DNA from: Lama glama | Lineage: Eukaryota | Length of the DNA stretch: 64,000 bases | Direction: 5' to 3' | NCBI GenBank assembly: GCA_028534125.1 | Contig: CM052816.1 | Coordinates: 78,432,001-78,496,000 of the forward strand | Shown: positions 51,601 through 64,000 of the stretch, one piece after another | How positions within the stretch are numbered: the first letter of the stretch is position 1 | Layout: every line of letters starts with the position of its first letter | The notes under the pieces: model-generated | The model's database searches: none | The model's input: the letters and a program-made list of their open reading frames with translations, nothing else | Told to the model about the DNA's origin: nothing | Position numbers and translations under genes: made by a program

Positions 51601-52890
51601 AAAAAGGATAGTCTTTCAACAAATGATTTTGGGACAATGGGATATCACGTGCAAAAAAAACTGAACTCACACCATACACAAAAATTAATTTAGCCAACTA
51701 TACTCCAATTAAAAAAATAAAAAATTAATTAAAATGTTAAAAAAATTAATTCAAATGGATCAAAAATCTAAATGTGTAAGCTAAAACAATAAACCATTTC
51801 AGGAAAATATAGGAGAAAACCTTTGTGGCCTTGGTTTAGGCAGAGTTCTTAGCAGCAAAAGCATGGTGCATAAAAGATAAAACAGATAAAGTGGACTTCG
51901 TTAAAGTTAAATACTTTTGTCCTTTAAAAATCACAAACAAGAAAAGAAAAAGATAAGCCACAGATTGGGAGAAAATATTAGCAAATCATATATCTGACAA
52001 TGCCCTCGTATTCATAATACAGATAAACTCTTAAAACTGAATAAGACAATGATCCAATTTAAAAAGGGGAAAAACACTTGCCTGAATAGAAATTTCACCA
52101 AAGAAGACACATATATTATTTAAAAGCACAAAAACATGCTCAACATCATTAGTCACTGGGAATATGCTAACTAAAGCCACAATACGCCTACCAGATTGGT
52201 TATAATTAAATAGACAGATAGTACCAAGTGTTGGTGAGAATGTGGAGACATTGGAACCCTTGTGGCATTGCTGGTAGGAAGGTAAACTGGTATAGCCTCT
52301 TAAGAACACAGTTTGGCAGTTTCTTAAAAAGTTAATTTAGCATACGACCCAACAATTCCATTGTTAGAAATCTATGAGAAATGAAAACATAGGTCCACAA
52401 AAAATCTTGCCCATGAATGTCAAAGAAACATAATTCATAACAGTCAAAAACTGGAAATGATCCACATATCTATCAACAAGTGAAAGAATCAACAAAATAT
52501 AGTATATCAATACAATTAGATACCATTCAGCAATAAAAAGGAACAAAATACTGATACATGCTATGTGATGGATGAACCTCGAAAACATGCTAAGTGAAAG
52601 AAGCCAGATACAAAAGACTATATGTAGTATGATCCCTTTCAGATGAAATGTCCAGCAAAACTTATAGAAACAGAAAGATCAATTATTGCCTGAAGCTGGG
52701 GGAGGGATGTAGGAGTGAGAACTGATCACAAATAGACTTGTGGGAAATTTTGGTGGTGATGGACAAGTCCTAAAACCGAAATGTGTGGATGGTTCCTCAA
52801 CACTATATATTTACTAAAAATCAATAAATTGTATATTTACAACAGGTGAATTTTTATTATGTAAATTATACCTCAATGATGTTGTAAAAA
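48700..52890 (+). mobile_element. About 4.2-kb decayed LINE-1 (L1MB-like), from ORF2 endonuclease region to 3' UTR, with internal deletions and nested insertions
   Basis: ORF fragments KAEVAISITDETDF...FIMIKESVIHQEDIT (endonuclease) and KSWFF...DKPL; RT-region DNA motifs; 3' end gtaaattatacctcaat. Confidence 0.9.
50091..50220 (+). mobile_element. tRNA-Ala-derived SINE (Vic-1-like) nested in the L1
   Basis: ggggatatagttcaatgg...tgcttagcatacatgaagtcctgggttcaatccctagtacctc plus A-rich tail; TSD aactgactacaag (50077-50089) / aactgactataag (50221-50233). Confidence 0.85.
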
Positions 52891-54587
52891 TGTAATTGGA
52901 CAAATTGCTCTCCTTTAGCTAGCTATAAACATTTTTTCATAGTTCAATATTTTTTCTTTTAAAAAGATGAAGGATATCTTAGAGAGCCTTTTACATATTC
53001 ATTATCTCCTTTACTACTCAAAACGTCCTCTTGAAAAGAATTGCCTTGTTTAATAACTGGAAAAACTGAGGTTCAAAATAATTAACTTGCCACAGGTAGA
53101 AAACTTGCAAATAATAAAGCCAGAATTTTAAAAACTAAACTTATTTGATTTCAAAGCCCATGACCATTTTCCCACACTTCTTTCAGACACTTTAGTGCAG
53201 TGACCTCCAAACAATTCCTTTCAATAAACAGTTTGTGCTTACATCTCTAATATGTAAAAATTGTGTTTATTAAAGTCACAAAATAGACATTTTAAAAGGG
53301 TAAGATTTAAAAAATAAATGTCTAGTGGTTCTAATTTTCTTTGCACAATAAACTTATACTAACTTGCACACCCCCCAGTCTCAGTTTACTACATCTTTAC
53401 CAGTATACATACACCACTTTGGAAACCACTCTTCTAGATACTACTGTGCTATTCCAAAATTGAATACCACCCTCCTCTGAAATTTCCTTCTATTCTTGGC
53501 ACTTTGCCTTCATTTAAAAGCTTTAATTCCATTAATTCCTCTATTAAACTTGTATTTTTCTATTTTTATTCTATTCCTAGGCTCTTGAAATTGGCCACTT
53601 AAAATCTCAAAGAGCTGGACATTCCTACTTAAAATCTGAGTTTCTAAATGACTGTTAAGAAACTATACAAAGAACTGAAAACTCTAATGTTTCTGACAGA
53701 CTGAAAGTTTTCTGTCAAAAGGATTACAGTGTTTAAGTAGGGAGAAAAACTTAGGTAAGAAAACAAGAGGTATTTCCATTATACTAACATGGGCTTTTAA
53801 ATAAAGGCAACAAGTAATCTCTCAGCTTCACAGATAGTAAAATCTGTTTTCTGAGCTAAATAAAAATCAGTTAGACAACTGCTGGTAAGTGTTACCAGGA
53901 AGGTAGCAATCAGGTTGCAGTATATGCTTCATTAGAATTCAATGACTCTACAATATGCTTCATTAGAAGTGTGCTGTGAAATATTTCTACCTAGCTTAAG
54001 ATATTTAAATAGATCTAGCTTTGGACCACTTTTTAACAAGATAAAGTGCAACTGAATATAAAGTAAAATACGGATTCTCAAATCAGTTTTTATCGTCCAA
54101 TTCCTTCCAGATGTTAGAATCTTTCTCCTACCCAAACTTGCTCTCTTACAAATTGAGTACATAGTCACTTTGGGTTTATAAACCAGTATTTCTCAACTGT
54201 TTAAGATGAGAATCCCTTTCCAATCAATTGTTACCCACTTCGGGGTGGTATCGCCCCCACTGAGAACACATTTCCTACAGTATCTTTCACAAAACTTCAT
54301 ATTATAAAGTTACAGGGACCAACTTTTTAAATAACTTCACAAACTAAAGACAAAGAAAGCATATTCATATTGCCCCAAAGAGTCTATCTTCCTGAACAAA
54401 TTTCTATAGCATTTTCAAAACATGAAAGACAAAAGCAGTTGGAAAGAACTGGAGTTGGTCAGGATGGGCATCCAAAGAAAGACTGTAAACTACAATAGGC
54501 TTAGTGATTGTAGTAATATTTGGTGCTAATTTCACACAGAAGACTACAAACTGTTATAGAAAGGGAAAACTCAAGACAATTACAGTT

Positions 54588-54658
54588 TAAAAAAAGGAAG
54601 GAAAACAAGGGAAGGGGAGAGGAAGGGAAGGGAAGGGGAGGGGAAGGGAAGGGAAAGA
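54588..54658. repeat. Polypurine (GGGAA/GGAA)n low-complexity tract
   Basis: Seen directly. Confidence 0.85.
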
Positions 54659-55388
54659 ACGAACAACATTACTGAGGAAGTTTTTAAAGCCAAAACCACT
54701 GATTTTCAGAATGTCTCTCCATAAATGATCTAACCACTTGATTCCAACAATGTTATTTCTGTCCATATTATAGTGATCTCTATAGTAGACATGAAATAGC
54801 AATGTCAATAATGTAGTTTTAATCTATTCCTGACAATTTTTATTTGGGGTATCACTGTATATGCAATTACTTACTTATCAGGTATCTCCACACAGATCTT
54901 TATGAGCAACTCTAATTACAATAGTGCCAAAGTGATCATTCTGCTCTATCTACTCTTTCAAACCATTGCTTGAGTTATTCTTCTAAAACTCTGATTTGTG
55001 TCATCTCATGCTATCTTTTGTATCTAATGTGTACCTTCATTTCTGCATTTACACCAGTGATTATTTATGAAATTCTGAGTTGCATGTTAAATTATGAACT
55101 ACCACATGGCACAAACATTATCATTTATTTTCATATTCCCAGTGCCTATCACAATACCCAGGAGTTTTACATGCTAAATAAATGTTATGCCTGTGGTTAT
55201 GCCTGCTGGCCTGCTAAGTATTTTACCACACACATATATGATGCGCAACTAAACTAACTTTTGAAAAAGGCTTTTTCTAATTTTCTATCAAAATAGGAGC
55301 ATCTGATCAAGAAAAGCTCTTTTCTCTGTGTTATCTGTGTTTAGAGCTCCTAATGCCTGAGGCATATAGATGTACTAATATTTAAAGT

Positions 55389-55781
55389 AGGGGTGGCAAA
55401 CTCAGCTGCCCATGGTGACCACAAAGTCACTCTAAATGAGTGAAAGCAAAAGATGGACATAAAACAAGAGAGGGAAGTGGCAAGCTGGAGACTGAGAAGA
55501 ATTCAGCAAACAAGAGAAGGAGTGGGGCAAAGCAGTAACTCTACTTGATTATAGCCATTTGGGTATTCAGGTCACATGGCCAGATCTTTACGTATTCAAG
55601 AGAAGCTTGAAATTTGCCCTTCCTCCATTTTTCTTTAACTTTTTTTTTTTTTAACTATAGGCTCCTGATTTTAAATCTTGGCTACTTCTCTTCTCTTCTT
55701 TCCTTTTTAAAAACATTGTATGGGCCAAGGAAAACAAGTCTGCAGGAGGGATTTGGCCTGCAGGGCATCAGTTTATGACCT
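55389..55781. mobile_element. hAT MITE (MER45-like)
   Basis: Ends aggggtggcaaactc and tttggcctgcagggcatcagtttatgacctc resemble hAT terminal repeats; family uncertain. Confidence 0.5.
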
Positions 55782-56699
55782 CGGAAAAGAATGTGACTTC
55801 TTCAACTGATAATAACAGATTATTTGGTTTGGTTCAAGGAATCCTAATATTGCTTTGATTTTCAAAATGTACTTCCTGCCTTCTTCCTCAGGCTCATAAT
55901 CAGGAAACCCTTTCTATCTTTCAATATGATGTAACCACACTGGCTTTTTTTTAGTTTCAAAACGTTCTCTTCCTGCTTCACCGCCTTTATAAACCTTCAG
56001 CCTAGAAAGCTACCTGCTTCAAGTGTAAACTACCCTTCCCCCATCTCTCACATTATCTAATTCCTACTCTGGTCACTACCACAAGGAAGCATTAAAGTAC
56101 TCGGTGCTCTTCCCAAAAGCACTTGTCAAAATTGTAAAGAAATTTTTATTTAATAACTAATTCCCTCCTTGGACATCAAGTTCTAAGAGGCTAGGAAACG
56201 GGTATATCTTATTCATTACTATATTACAATTAAACATGGCATGTGACAAGCATCAATAAATATTTGATGAAGGAAAGAATTTCTTACTATCAAATAAAAA
56301 ACAATGAAGTAAAAGAGCAAAATCTGAACTTTTCCTCTGAGATTAAAGGAGAGGCTTTTACTTAAAATTTTTGAACTTCTGTATAACTCTTTACTGACCC
56401 TATTAACCACTCAGTTCAATACCTCTAATCTCACTATTTTGTCCACTAGATCTGTCTAGTACTAAAAACGTATTAAATACCTGTACTATGTATATGTACG
56501 TATCTATCTTATCTATACATACAAACACACATATGCTATATAATCGTATTTTGTTAGACTGTATTTACATTTCAAAAAATTTTTTGCTTTATATATTTAG
56601 CTATTTTTTGGATTCATTAAAGTTTTTGACTGTAGCATTTTCTTGACAAACATTTATTTATCCATTTCCCAAATGTCTTTACCTGACTTGGCATTTAAA

Positions 56700-57330
56700 G
56701 TTTAAATTTTACTCTTTCTGGCATTACTGACATTCTTGTCTTCTTTTTTCACTTTCTTTCACAACCTTAGCCCAACTCATTTTGATCTCCAAAATCACTT
56801 TCTTTGCTCTCCCTTTGTGATTTCCCTGACTCAAGGATTTTAAACATCAGATATGCTAATGCCTCTAGCCTGGACCTCTCTTCTAACTCCAGACTAGTAT
56901 GTTTAATTGTCTATTTGACATTTACATTTTGATGTCTAATATCCATCTCTAGCTTGAGTATTTTCAAATCCAGTTCCTTATATTGTTCTTCATTCACATC
57001 AGCTCTTTCTGCAACATTCCCCATTTTAATTAACAACTCATTTTTCTAGATGCTTTGGCCAAAAATCTTGGTATTATACTTGACTTTTATCTTTCTCACC
57101 CCACAAGCCTCTACCTTCCAAATGTATCTGGAATTCAACTATTTACAAGCCACTTTCCTTCCTCATAGCTTTCTAGTTGGTCTTTTCTGCCACTCCTTGT
57201 CAATGTAACACAACAGTCAGAGATTCTATTAAAATATAGATCAGATCATGTCACTCTGATCAAAATCCTTCAAAAACTTTCTTTTTCATTCAGGATAAAA
57301 ACAAAAATCTTTAAAATAATCTGCAAGGTT
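56700..57330 (+). mobile_element. LINE-2 fragment
   Basis: ctctagcctggacctctcttctaactccagact, ggccaaaaatcttggtattatacttgact, tcagatcatgtcactctg. Confidence 0.7.
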
Positions 57331-57870
57331 TGAATGTGAATTACAGTATTTCTTAGCCAGATATGCGCTGTTATTCTTTTCTTACCTCAGTAAAATACTA
57401 GCCTATATCATATTTTAGGAAACATCATTTATAATATTTAAGTATTATACAAATTGGTGAGAAAAGATATAAAAATAATGTAGATTCAGAAGCTAAGAAA
57501 TGGAGCTGAGAATTCTTTGTCTTTCTTCAGATCTCATATATCTATACCCCTTGAACTCAAGACATGTAAGATGAAACTATATGGTTTTATACTGTTAATT
57601 ACAAAACAAATATTAGAGGGAGAATATATACATTTAGAGGGGAAAGGGTTTATAGTTCTAATGTTAAAAAAAACCCACCTCCTTTCAAATCAAATCAATA
57701 AACATTCTTAGTTCCAGGAAAAGATCAACTTCAGTTACAGCTGCTCTGATTCTAACAACAACTGTTTAAATCTGTTCATGGCAGAAAATACATGAAACCA
57801 TTTGCCCTCTCTACCACCAATTCATTTTTCACTTGAATTTACACAATCTCAGACAGTTGGCGTGATTCAC

Positions 57871-58410
57871 TGTGACAGATTAAAAACGACCACAGATTCT
57901 TTGCAGTCCTCATACTGAGGTGAAGTCTAATTTTCCTCCCTTTAAATCTGGGCTGACCTCAGTAACTTTCATGCTGAATCAAATATGGAAAAAATGACCT
58001 GCGATTCCTAAAGCTAAGTTGTAAGAAACCTTACAGCTTTCATTCAACTATTTTATTATACTCCCTGGGAGCTCTGATCCAGTATGCCAAATGTTAAGAC
58101 TACTATGAAATGGTCATGCTATGCTGGTGATTCCATGTTCTGTTGATTCTATGCTCTGGTTGATGTTCCAGCTGAGCCTACCCTTCTGGCCATCTCCACC
58201 AAGGTGGCACTTGAGTGAACCCATCTTGGACTATACAGACCAGTCAAATGAATGCCTCCCAAGTAATCTCCATCAACACCCCATTAACAAAGCTGAGCCC
58301 TACCTGAATTCTTGGCCCACAAAATTGTAAGACATAAGAAAATGAATGTTAATATAAGCCACACTCAACTCTTAAGGTAGTTTATTACATAACAACAGAT
58401 AACTGGAATA
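57871..58410 (+). mobile_element. Old MLT1 (G/H-like) MaLR solo LTR
   Basis: tgtgacagattaaaaacgaccacagattcttt...ccagctgagcc...cctgaattcttggcccacaaaattgtaag...acagataactggaata. Confidence 0.7.
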
Positions 58411-58904
58411 GTCAGTAACATTTTTAGTTTATCGGTAACAAAGAAATTTAATATAACCCATATTTTACTTTTTTCTGGAAACCAAATCTATGTACTATTT
58501 TAATCTTATTTCCCACTTTACTCATTAAAACTTAACTGACAACACATAACTACTCTAAGCCTTAACTTTCTGCAATTATGATAGCAAATTTCAGTATGTA
58601 TTAACTATGTTAAGGTTTTTATAAACAGCAAAAGAACCATAATCTCATTTTGTATTTAAAGAATATCTTGTTCACTGAGCAGTTTATAAATTAGAAAGAA
58701 ACAAGCAACTTCTCACCATTTAAAAATATTTAATCACCTAAATCATAAAGACATCACTTCCTTTCATGAAAAAATAATTGGTATGATTAAGAAGAAGGAG
58801 CAGTAAGGCCCTGGAAAGAAGGTAAGAAAGAATGAAAATGTTGAATGAAAAAAAAAATGCAGAGTCCACTATCACAATGCTATCTAACCGTTTTTTTTTT
58901 TAAT

Positions 58905-59765
58905 TACTTGATACACACCGATTAAAATGGCCAAAACCCAGAACACTAAAAATACCAAATGCTGGTAAGGATGTGCAGCAATAGGAACTCTTACGTACTG
59001 CAAAGGGAATGCAAAATAATACAGACATTTTGGAAGCCAGGTGGCGATTTCTAACAAAACTAAACATACTTTTACCATAAAATCCAGTAATCACACTCCT
59101 TGGTAATTACCCCAAAACATAAGTCCACACAAAAATCTCCACATGAATGTTTATAGAAGCTTTATTTATTACCATCAAAATGTGGAAGCAACCAAGATGT
59201 CCTTCCAAAGGTGAATGGATAAATTAAAAAATGGTATATCCAGACAATGGAATATTATTTAGCACTAAGAAGAAATGAGGTATTAAGCCATGAAAAGGCA
59301 TGGAAGAAACTTAAATGCACATTACTAAGTGAAAGATGCCATTCTGAAAGGGCTCCTTATGGTACGATTCCAAATACGTGACATTCTGGAAAAGGCAAAA
59401 CTACGGAGTAAATAAAAAATATCAGTGGTTCCTAGTGGTAAGAAGAAGGGTCAGAAATGAATAGACAGAACACAGAAAACTTTTTAGGGCAGTGAAAATA
59501 CTCTGTATGATACTATAATGATGTGTACATGTCATTATACATTTGTCCAAACCCACAGAATGTACAACACCAAGAGTGAACCCCAAGGTAACTAAGGATT
59601 TTGAGTAATTACAATGTGTCATGTAGGTTCATGCTTAGCCAAAAAGTGTACCATTCTAGTGAGTGATACTGATAACAGAGGAGGCTACAAAGGGTATAGG
59701 GAAATCTCTGTATCTTCATCTCAATTTTGTTGTAAACCTAAAACTGCTCTTAAAAAGAGTCTTTT
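58905..59765 (+). mobile_element. LINE-1 3' fragment (L1MC1/2-like)
   Basis: ccaaatgctggtaaggatgtgcagcaataggaactc, ggaagcaaccaagatgtcctt, catttgtccaaacccacagaatgtacaacacc, tgtaaacctaaaactgctct. Confidence 0.88.
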
Positions 59766-60859
59766 TAAAATTTCTTGATTTAACAACCAAATAATGGGAA
59801 TTCAAAGATGACAACTACATTAGTGAGTATGAGGGGATGGAGACCAAAGAATACAAATGTAATACACATACTATGCAAGTCAATCAACTACTTTGAGATC
59901 TATTTATCTGCAAACCAGAGATAGTTCCCACAACCTTATATGGTCACTGAGGATCATAGACAATATACACAAAGTACCTTGCACAGTAGAGTCCACAGTG
60001 GTAAATGGGAAGTAAGTACAGCTTTAAAATTATTACTATTATTATTGGAAAAAGGTATAAAATAATATACATAAAAGACCAATAGCAGAGCAAACAAATA
60101 ACAAAAAACAGTTACAAGGCAACCAAATTATATTTCTCTAAAGTGTAACCAATATAAAATGCTGGAATTACTGTCACCTTCATTTCACTAGTATTGAGCA
60201 CCTACTTTAATTCGCAGATACAATGCTGCCATACGAAAGGCATAGACTGACAGAGGCATTTTAAAGCTAAATCAATTCTAGCGTATGTTAATCTTAGGGA
60301 ATATGATAGATAATTTTAGAAGTGGCTCTTTTTGTCATTGACAAAAGTGAAATCTCCAGAAGATAAAGTGTAGTTAACTCAAGTCAACATAAAATACTAA
60401 TAATTAATTTTAATCAGAAGAAACAACTGTCATCTGCAAAACAGATTACTAAAAATTCAGCAAAGATGCATTTAACAAGTGTTCAAAAGTGGTAAGGTTT
60501 TTGTGAAGTGAGCCAAAGGGATTAATTCAGGAAAGATGTTTATTTTCACAGGAATAAGGGGATGAGGAAGCTACTGAATGAACTGGACTTAGGAATGGGT
60601 ATAAGAATGAGAAGAAAATATTCATAAATGAATACCTAGAAAAATGAGCAAAGCAGGAGATTAAAACAAATTTATGACCTGGAAGTCTAGAAGACAGAAT
60701 ATGGAATACTGTGCTTTGGGTCTATCTGGAAAGAAGAAAAAAAGGAAAGCAGGAAATGTGAGTGGAACACAGGAAAACGAACAGACAACAGGAACCGAAA
60801 GTTATGTAGGATGTATGTACTTTCTCATAACTCAGCCTCAAGAAGAAACAGCCTTCAAA

Positions 60860-61040
60860 CAACGTGGAATAGTGGCAAGACCAGACGTTTTCATTATAAT
60901 TCCACCACTTACTGGTGAATGACTTTGGGTTGTTTACTTAGTGTTTTTAAAGGTTTCCTCAAATATAAAGTGAAGATAACAGTACTCAATTCACAGTTAT
61001 TTTAAAGACTGAATGAGATAATGCATGTAAAAATCAACAT
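60860..61040 (+). mobile_element. MIR SINE fragment
   Basis: gtggaatagtgg...ccaccacttactggtgaatgactttggg...gtttcctcaaatataaagtgaagataacagtact. Confidence 0.65.
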
Positions 61041-61365
61041 AGAAGATAATAAACACTTTTAATAGTTTTGAGATGACATAGCAGAAAGTGTGTTTTAACT
61101 TTTCTACTTTACATTTATGAAATACCCATGTAAGTGGACAAAACAACTGCTTAATAATATTGTAAATTATTCCTTTAAAAATGCAATTATTATCTCTTAA
61201 TCTCATGATATTAAGGATGTAAGATATATAAAATTACATTAACAAAGATATCAATGTACTGTAAGTAAGCAAAGAAAAGAGCCTTTGGTAGAGGTCCCGG
61301 GAAATATAGAAAACTGAAGCAAACTCCCGTCTGGGATGGGGCTGGGGAAAGAAAGTCCTGAAAGG

Positions 61366-61955
61366 GTATTCACAGCAGCACTATTTACAACCGCCAAGAC
61401 TTGGAAGCAACCTAAGCGTCCATCCACAGATGATTGGATAAAGAAGATGTGCGTTGTGTACGTGTACGTGTACGTGTGTGTGTGTGTGATGGAGTAGTAG
61501 CCATAAAAAAGAATGAAATAATGCCATTTACAGCAACATGGATGACCCTAGAGATAATCATACTAATTTAAGTAAATCAAAGACAAATATATGATGTCAC
61601 TTATATGTGGAATCTAAAGAAAAAAAAGATAGAAATTTTATTTACAAACCAGAAATAGACTCATGAACAAATTGTGGTTACCAGGGAGGAAAGGGAGGGG
61701 GAGGGGAGGGATAGGTTAGGAATCTGACATTAACAGATATACATTACTATGTATAAAACAGATAAATAACAAGGTCTTACTGTATAGCACAGGGAACAAT
61801 ATTCAATTTCTTGTAATGAGCTACAAGGGAAAAGAAACTGAAAATATAGATACGTATGCATGTATGTATATGTATAACTGAACTGCTTTGCTGTACACCT
61901 GAAACTAACGCTGTAAATCAACTATACTTCAATAAAAAATAAGAATAAAAAAAGA
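61366..61955 (+). mobile_element. Relatively young 5'-truncated LINE-1 3' end with an internal (TGTACG)n(TG)n tract
   Basis: cagcactatttacaaccgccaagacttggaagcaacctaag...actgtatagcacagggaac...gctgtacacctgaaactaac...caactatacttcaataaaaaa; several CpGs retained. Confidence 0.88.
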
Positions 61956-62359
61956 GAAAGTTGCCAGGAAAAATAAAGTACCTAGCAATAAACTTAGCAT
62001 GAAATGTATAGGATCGGCAAATAACCAAAACAACAACAAAAAGCTTTAATGATTACTGAACAACAATTCCTGCTTCCAATAATGAAAACCCTAAAGCTTT
62101 ACTGAAAAACAAAAAAAAGTGAATGAACTGAAGCCCATACCTTGTTCTTCAATAGAATGGCTCAATATTACAAAGGTGTCAATTATTTTTATATTAACCT
62201 ATAAATATACTGTAATCCTGATTTTAAAAACTAATGAGAGAGCTTGAATAAACAATTTTAAAGTTCAAAAAAAAGAGAATCTTGAAAGGGAATATGAGAG
62301 ATGAGAATCTAAGAAAATCTATTTCATGTATTAGCTAGATTGGAGGTTTCTGGTTACTG

Positions 62360-62685
62360 ATGATAATAACAGCAGTCAATGACTGCTATGCAAGTTACTA
62401 GCTACTTTGTATTCATATCATCATTTAATTTTTGTGGCAATCTTGCAATGTAGGCATTATTCATTCATCAAAAATTTACTGAGTATTATACTAAGTACCG
62501 GAAACTGTAAATACAACTATACACAAGACACATAAGTGTCCCTGCCTTAACCAGCTTGCAGACTATTGTAGAAACTCAGCCTCTTTCAAAGAGGTTAACT
62601 AATTTGCCCGAACTCACACAGTCAATAAGGGAGAGAGTGAGGATACAGACTTAAATTTAAAACCCATGCTCTTAACCACTACATT
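62360..62685 (-). mobile_element. MIR fragment interrupted by a short L2 3'-tail piece
   Basis: tcatttaatt...gtaggcattatt [cattcatcaaaaatttactgag...gtccctgcct] ...gaggttaactaatttgcccgaactcacacag...ccatgctcttaaccactac. Confidence 0.55.
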
Positions 62686-64000
62686 GAACACAATAAAAAA
62701 ATAAATTTTATAATGCTAACAAACCATCAAATTATATTAACTTTTATAAAATTCCCTCAAGGAACATAAAAAGCAATCACATATTCAAATGTTTATTAAT
62801 ATTTTATAAATAATAAAATAATTTAATTTAATTCAATAATATTGTGTTAATGCCAATTTTAAAACTTAAAAGATTAAAAATTCAGGTATTAGTTCAGGAG
62901 AAAAACAGCTGTTATTCAAAGTTAACAGCTATATTTATAGAGTTCTGTATTATAGGTCTAGTTTGATTAATCACTTTAGCAATTATATTAACAAATCAAA
63001 TAATTCTAAAGGTGAAACAATAATGGATCTTCGTGGAAAGCAAAGACATAAGCAGACAAATCATAACAATGCCATCTATAGGACAATTAGTAGAATGCAG
63101 ACAACTAACTTGGAACTTGCAAACAAAATTCTTAACCACCTTTATTAGAAACTTCTAGAATGGAAAGAAATCAATAAAACACTCAAAACTGAATCTTACC
63201 TTACACACAAGACTGAGAACTGACAGACTATTTGTAATTCTCATATACTCCTATATTGCAAGTTTCTACAAAGAGTAGTGAGCACTTTCACACCTACTGA
63301 TATTAGCTGGGCTTTATCACTTATTAATAGATATCCCCTTATTCTTGTACTCAAGCCAAAGAGTTGGAATATAATACAGACCTTACATAGAAAGCCAAAA
63401 CAGGTCAAGACTAAACTAAGTTATAGGTAACTTCTGTGCCTACAGAAAAAGCTTTCTCCTGGATATGAGTTTTCACAAGGAAGAGTATTTGTAAGACCAT
63501 ACTTAATGTATTATAATGAACCAAATACCACATGTCTTAGGTGACAGAAAAAAATGAATATGAAAGAGTGATACTGGTCAATTTCTGCAACTACCCTGAT
63601 AAGTAGTTTTTAACAGAAACTTACAAAAAAAATCTAAAGATTATCTTACTTACCAAATTAAGGGATATCAATAAAGACAATGCCCTCAACTTATTCAGCA
63701 AGGAAAAAAAATCTGTTAAGTTTCTACCTCAGAGAATACTATCACTGGCCCACAGAAGCCAACTTCAATTGGTTAGTTACAGCAAATTTTTTCTTTAAAC
63801 TGTATTTTTCTTTAACTCTGTCTACAGAGATATTACTGGAAAGTACCTAAAAGTACTGAAAGGTGGTGGAAAAGAAAATGGTAGTTCAAATCTACAGATA
63901 TACTGCCTGCCATATCATCACTTACTCTTTAAAATCCTTTTTATCAAAGGTAAGGTAAAGAAAGATAAACCAATTTCCAATGGTTTGCTTTCTGACATTT

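Noticed and set aside
48700..52890. Possible active LINE-1
   Set aside because: No 5' UTR or ORF1, ORF2 fragmented with deletions, and interrupted by nested insertions
61285..61365. GC-richer patch directly 5' of the young L1, possibly captured sequence
   Set aside because: No enclosing TSD or recognisable source could be identified by eye; a BLAST search would be needed

Overview
AT-rich, CpG-poor mammalian genomic DNA containing the 5' part of NIPBL (cohesin loader, Scc2/delangin) on the minus strand. Nine exons, equivalent to human exons 2-10, can be placed at base resolution, all with GT-AG splice sites and consistent phases: 30325-30467 (ATG at 30388), 28136-28301, 26317-26444, 21002-21101, 20292-20443, 16478-16635, 15447-15543, 11935-12561 and 4517-6145. 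They give 3121 coding nt (1040 codons plus 1 nt) in one open frame. Positions 30468-64000 are intron 1 (no exon 1 or CpG island is visible) and 1-4516 is intron 10. The introns hold L1, L2, MIR, MLT1 LTRs, hAT/Tigger MITEs, a near-full-length Tigger1 and two tRNA-Ala-derived SINEs resembling camelid Vic-1, which suggests camel, alpaca or llama. Repeat family names and comparisons with human NIPBL are from memory, not from a search. I found no convincing new biological system. The best leads are two uORFs just upstream of the start codon, offsetting one-codon indels in exons 7 and 10, a predicted back-splice (circRNA) reading frame, an inverted L1 pair in the pre-mRNA and nested insertions with intact target-site duplications (TSDs).
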